A stretch of DNA of 64,000 nt from Narcine bancroftii. Its lineage: Eukaryota. The DNA lies in assembly GCF_036971445.1 (NCBI RefSeq), contig NC_091481.1, forward strand, positions 18,104,001-18,168,000, in the 5' to 3' direction. Made by a program: the position numbers and the translations under genes. Shown piece by piece: positions 60,270-64,000 of this stretch (its first letter is position 1; every line of letters starts with the position of its first letter). The notes below the pieces were generated by a model. That model was not told the origin of the DNA. It worked only from the letters and a program-made list of their open reading frames with translations, and did no database searches.

Positions 60270-61951
60270 GTGAATAGAAGTACATATCCAAGAGATTATG
60301 TTTTAGACCAATGAAAAATAGAATTTTGCACCTTAATCTGAAAATGAGTATTTGTCTTTCTGTGTGTTTAATGTAAAGAATATTTTCTATTTTCAATAAG
60401 ATTTGAAATTATTTTGATTGGTTAAGAGGCTAATAATCTGGAGGTGTTTGTCTGCAACCCACAGACATGAATTCACATCCCATCATGGGAACAGTGAAAC
60501 TTCAATTTCAAGTTATTTTGATCTGAATTGAAAATAAAACAATGATGATTAGAAAACTACCAGATTGCAGTAAAGCCAGGAGATTTAATCTGCTGTCCTT
60601 ACCTGTGGTACGGTCTATATATGAAAATGTCCATGCAAGCCACTAATTTGAAAATTAAACCTATATGTTAAAAAAAAACTGAGGTTGAATCGCTGACTAT
60701 CCATTATCAACCTATCCATTGAATATGTACACTGCAAAGTCAGTCCTAGCACACTAATCTTGTAAAGCCACAAACATCTGGGGATTGCTCTCAATACTGA
60801 CTATCCTACTAGCAGGGCAGACCCATTAAGAGAAGGGAGTAATCCTGCAAATTTTCAGAGTTAACTCCAAAGGACATGAAGATTCATATCTTGTAAACAT
60901 ACACCAGGAAATCTGATTACCACCTACTATCTTTCTCAACTGATGAATCAGTTCTCCTCCCTGCAGAGGTAGAAGTAGTAGAGGCATAGAGTCTTCCCTT
61001 GATGGTGGACATGTGGCTATTATTACGTGGTGTGTTTACCTGGGCAATAAGTATATGCTAAAGATACTGACCATCCAGAAAGATTGCAGTGGTTTGAAAG
61101 TAATTCTTCAAGGCAGTTTGTACTTGATGACAGTTGCTGGTCTTGCAAACGGCGTTTTCATCTCAAGAATTTAAGATTTTTTCTTTAAAATAGTTTTGCT
61201 TTTTCTCTATTATTACAAAAATTGTAATTTGAAGTTTTGGAGTATCTTGACACAGGAGTTCAAGACATAAAGTTGCTGTAGAAGCCCCTGGAAGCAATCA
61301 TGAAGTTTAAAATAACATTTATTGAAATAAAATTAAGATTTTTGCCTATATGTATTTATAGGAGACAATTTGTAGGAAGGAGTAAGTTAAATCTTTTTGT
61401 GCTCCCGGTAGTCGGGTGTGCTGCAGTTTTCATTGTGAGCAGGCGGTCGTCCAATTCAGCCCACACTTCATGAAATATGAGATACTGGTATTCACTATAA
61501 TGTCTGTTATGTATCTGTACAAGATTTTCATTATTCATTATATATGTGAAATACTCGTAAGATTTGGGGATTAATCATCTTGTGTCATTTACTAATTTTC
61601 AATTAATTTTATCTTGTATTCAAGTCACTTCTGTTCACCATTTTGAGCCTTTACAATGTCTTACAAAAAAAATCTATTTTTGTCAGTGATGAAAATCTTC
61701 CTAAGTTCAGTAAAATTCCTGGTATCTGCCAGATAAGTAGTTTTTACAGTTGCTCGAGATTGCACGTTGTGTGGATTGACAAACTAACTAGTCAGATGCG
61801 CCAATTTTAAACTTTATTTTTTACTTATTTATTTTCCACGATATATTTTGCCGGTTACTTGAGGCTGCAGGTTGCTTGAATTCTGGATAATGGGGATTTT
61901 ACTGTACATGATCGCACAATGCAGCTGAAACACCAATAATTTATCTTTCAG

Positions 61952-62033
61952 AATCTGAGAAAGGAGATTGCCCAGCAGGAGTTAATTGTCCAAGCTCAAC
62001 AAACCGCGACAAGAACAATGGCTACATTTAAGA
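61952..62033 (+). CDS. TUBGCP6: TUBGCP6 coding exon 11
   Basis: Reads NLRKEIAQQELIVQAQQTATRTMATFK. Donor A|GTATGT. Confidence 0.88.
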
Positions 62034-63508
62034 GTATGTGTATTTTGGCGTATGAGCATCTAGTTGTTTTAAAAATGACTTGTTTCAATAATAGATGCAG
62101 AGTATCATGTCACCATGTCTAGATGGGATAATTGTGGAAAGGTTTGGTGTAACCTTCCAATCTTCCTTGTTTACCAGAGAGGTTGCAAAGGACTGGAACA
62201 TTGCACATGCTACACACGGATCAGTGGTGTGGCTTAGAAACAATGTTTACATTAATAAAAGATTCATTAAAAGCAATGGTATTTGATTGACCTTATTGAA
62301 TATAAGGATCAGAAGTTGTGGTCAATATATATTTTTAAAAAGCATTTGAAAAAGTCCTATGGAAGTTAATGGTAATGATCAAAGGTTTGGTGGTAATATG
62401 GATAACAAACTACCAGTAATTTAAAGGGACAGAGCAGTCAATTGTTTTCCAAATTCTGTATTAGATGGAAGTGTTTCCCAAGAATCAATGCAGAGACCTT
62501 TATTTATTTTTTCTTTTTGGATGTGTAGTACTAACGACTTTGTGCTGCAAGATAGAATTTTGAAATGTGCAAATAACACATAACGTGATACAGTAGATAA
62601 TGAGTAGATGTGAGCTGGGAGAATATGCAGTTAGGGTATGTTGTTCACCAGCTACACTGTTGTTTGGTTATATATTTACAACATTTTTATAAAACTGAAG
62701 AGCACATTCCTTTAACTCCATTTTCTTAATCAAATTGTACATGTCTTGAAACTGCTTAAATTGTTTTATTTTGAGTAGCGTCGAAATGCAATTTAAAAAA
62801 AAAACAAGGAACGGAAAAAGATTTAAAGGTTCAAGCACTTGTCATTATGTGCAAAAATCTTACATTGTGCACATTTTTTTCCTGTGACAAAAGTATGTAC
62901 ACACTGAAAGCTTGTGCAAATGTAAACTTGAAGTTGTTTCAAGATGATTTTAATTTCTCATGGCTAATAAAACGGCTTAAATCTGGAATGCACTGGTTGA
63001 GGGATGGTGTAAACAGGTACTCTCTCAGCATCTGGGGTGTATTTAGATAAGTGCTTAAATTGCCATGGGATAGAAAGTTATGGGTTGACGACTGAAAATG
63101 GGATTAGTTGATGGTTGACACAGGCTGGTTGAAGGGCCTTTATTCATGACTAATTGAAAAGTATTAACTATGTTTATGGTAAGTATAAAATAAAAACACA
63201 AAATGCTGGCGATACTCAGCAAGTCGGGCAGGATCCACGGGGAGAGAAAGAAAAGTTAATTTTTTGGATCATTGAACCTTGAATATTTTCTCTTTCTCCA
63301 AATGCTGCCTGACCTCAAAAATCCTCAGCGTCTTCTATTTTTAATTCAGATTTCCTGATCAGCACTTTTTTAACCAATGATAGTAAACAGATAATTAATT
63401 CCGCACTGAAATAAAATTGTGGTGACTTTATATCATGCAAAATCCTTGATTGTTTTAAACTCATGTTATTTAAATAGCACATTATCTTTTTAATGCTCCA
63501 ATTTGCAG

Positions 63509-63597
63509 GTAATCAGTTAGCTGAAAGAAAGGCTTTTGATGTAAAGAAACGGGAACTATTTCTGGAACTAAAGGAACAATATGAAAAGGACAAAGAG
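63509..63597 (+). CDS. TUBGCP6: TUBGCP6 coding exon 12
   Basis: Reads NQLAERKAFDVKKRELFLELKEQYEKDKE. Donor GTGGGT. Confidence 0.88.
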
Positions 63598-63814
63598 GTG
63601 GGTTTTTTGTGATGGGTTTAACTCAACTTTTAATCAGAGTGAACGGATTTGCATAATTTCCTGTTCCATTTACAATGTCAACAAATTTTCCGTCTGAAGA
63701 GCACACCTTGCTAAGATTTTATAGCATTAAATATTGTCACGAAAAGAGATTGATTTGAAGATTAAGAACAATAAAAGATTCAGATGAGCATCAGATATTG
63801 ATGGCACAAAGCTG

Positions 63815-63975
63815 TTACAGAATCTGGTCTGTAAGGAGTTTGTACTTTCTCCCTGTGTCTGTGTGGGTTTCTTCCAGGTGTTCCGGTTTTCTAGTGTTGT
63901 TCAAAATATACCTGGAATGTAGGACACAATTGGGTAGCAAGGGCAAAAAGGGCTGGATGTCCAAAATTTTTTTAA
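63815..63975 (+). mobile_element. V-SINE/HE1-like SINE fragment
   Basis: GTCTGTAAGGAGTTTGTACTTTCTCCCTGTGTCTGTGTGGGTTT core. Confidence 0.7.
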
Positions 63976-64000
63976 TTAATAAAAATTTTGATATGGAAAA

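Larger units (their letters stand above)
39257..63597 (+). other. TUBGCP6: TUBGCP6 gene model (gamma-tubulin complex component 6), first 12 coding exons; the gene continues beyond the window
   Basis: The translation (MASITQLFGDLCEAH, KNKILMLSFNLRV, RVSLFGALVHSRT, SEDEGFQSASNLTPDSQSEPS, GLRKYLQYYRACVL) matches vertebrate GCP6. All phases are consistent. Confidence 0.95.

Overview
AT-rich vertebrate genomic DNA, most likely from a cartilaginous fish (ray or shark). This assignment is an inference from the HE1/V-SINE-like SINEs, CR1, Rex/Babar, L1 and Penelope repeats and the protein sequences. Three spliced genes could be rebuilt by hand with GT-AG borders and consistent phases. (1) sizzled (szl, secreted frizzled-related tolloid inhibitor), + strand, 4 exons, 8139-9355, 287 aa. 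(2) HDAC10 (polyamine deacetylase), - strand, 20 coding exons, 32972 to about 12325, about 681 aa; the last exon is uncertain. (3) The first 12 coding exons of TUBGCP6, + strand, from 39257 and running off the window. HDAC10 and TUBGCP6 are head-to-head around a CpG island at about 36.05-36.7 kb. Most ORFs in the supplied track are spurious or transposon debris. I see no clear new multi-gene system. The most notable items are: an inverted copy of the szl C-terminus and 3'UTR inserted into a SINE upstream of szl; several other templated copies of local DNA inserted in repeats; Leu/Leu at the two Sizzled CRD-groove His positions; a degenerate PEACE motif in HDAC10; an L1 insertion whose target-site duplication (TSD) duplicates an HDAC10 splice donor; and an inverted repeat pair bracketing HDAC10 exon 17. 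All alignments were made by eye, and reference-protein comparisons are from memory.
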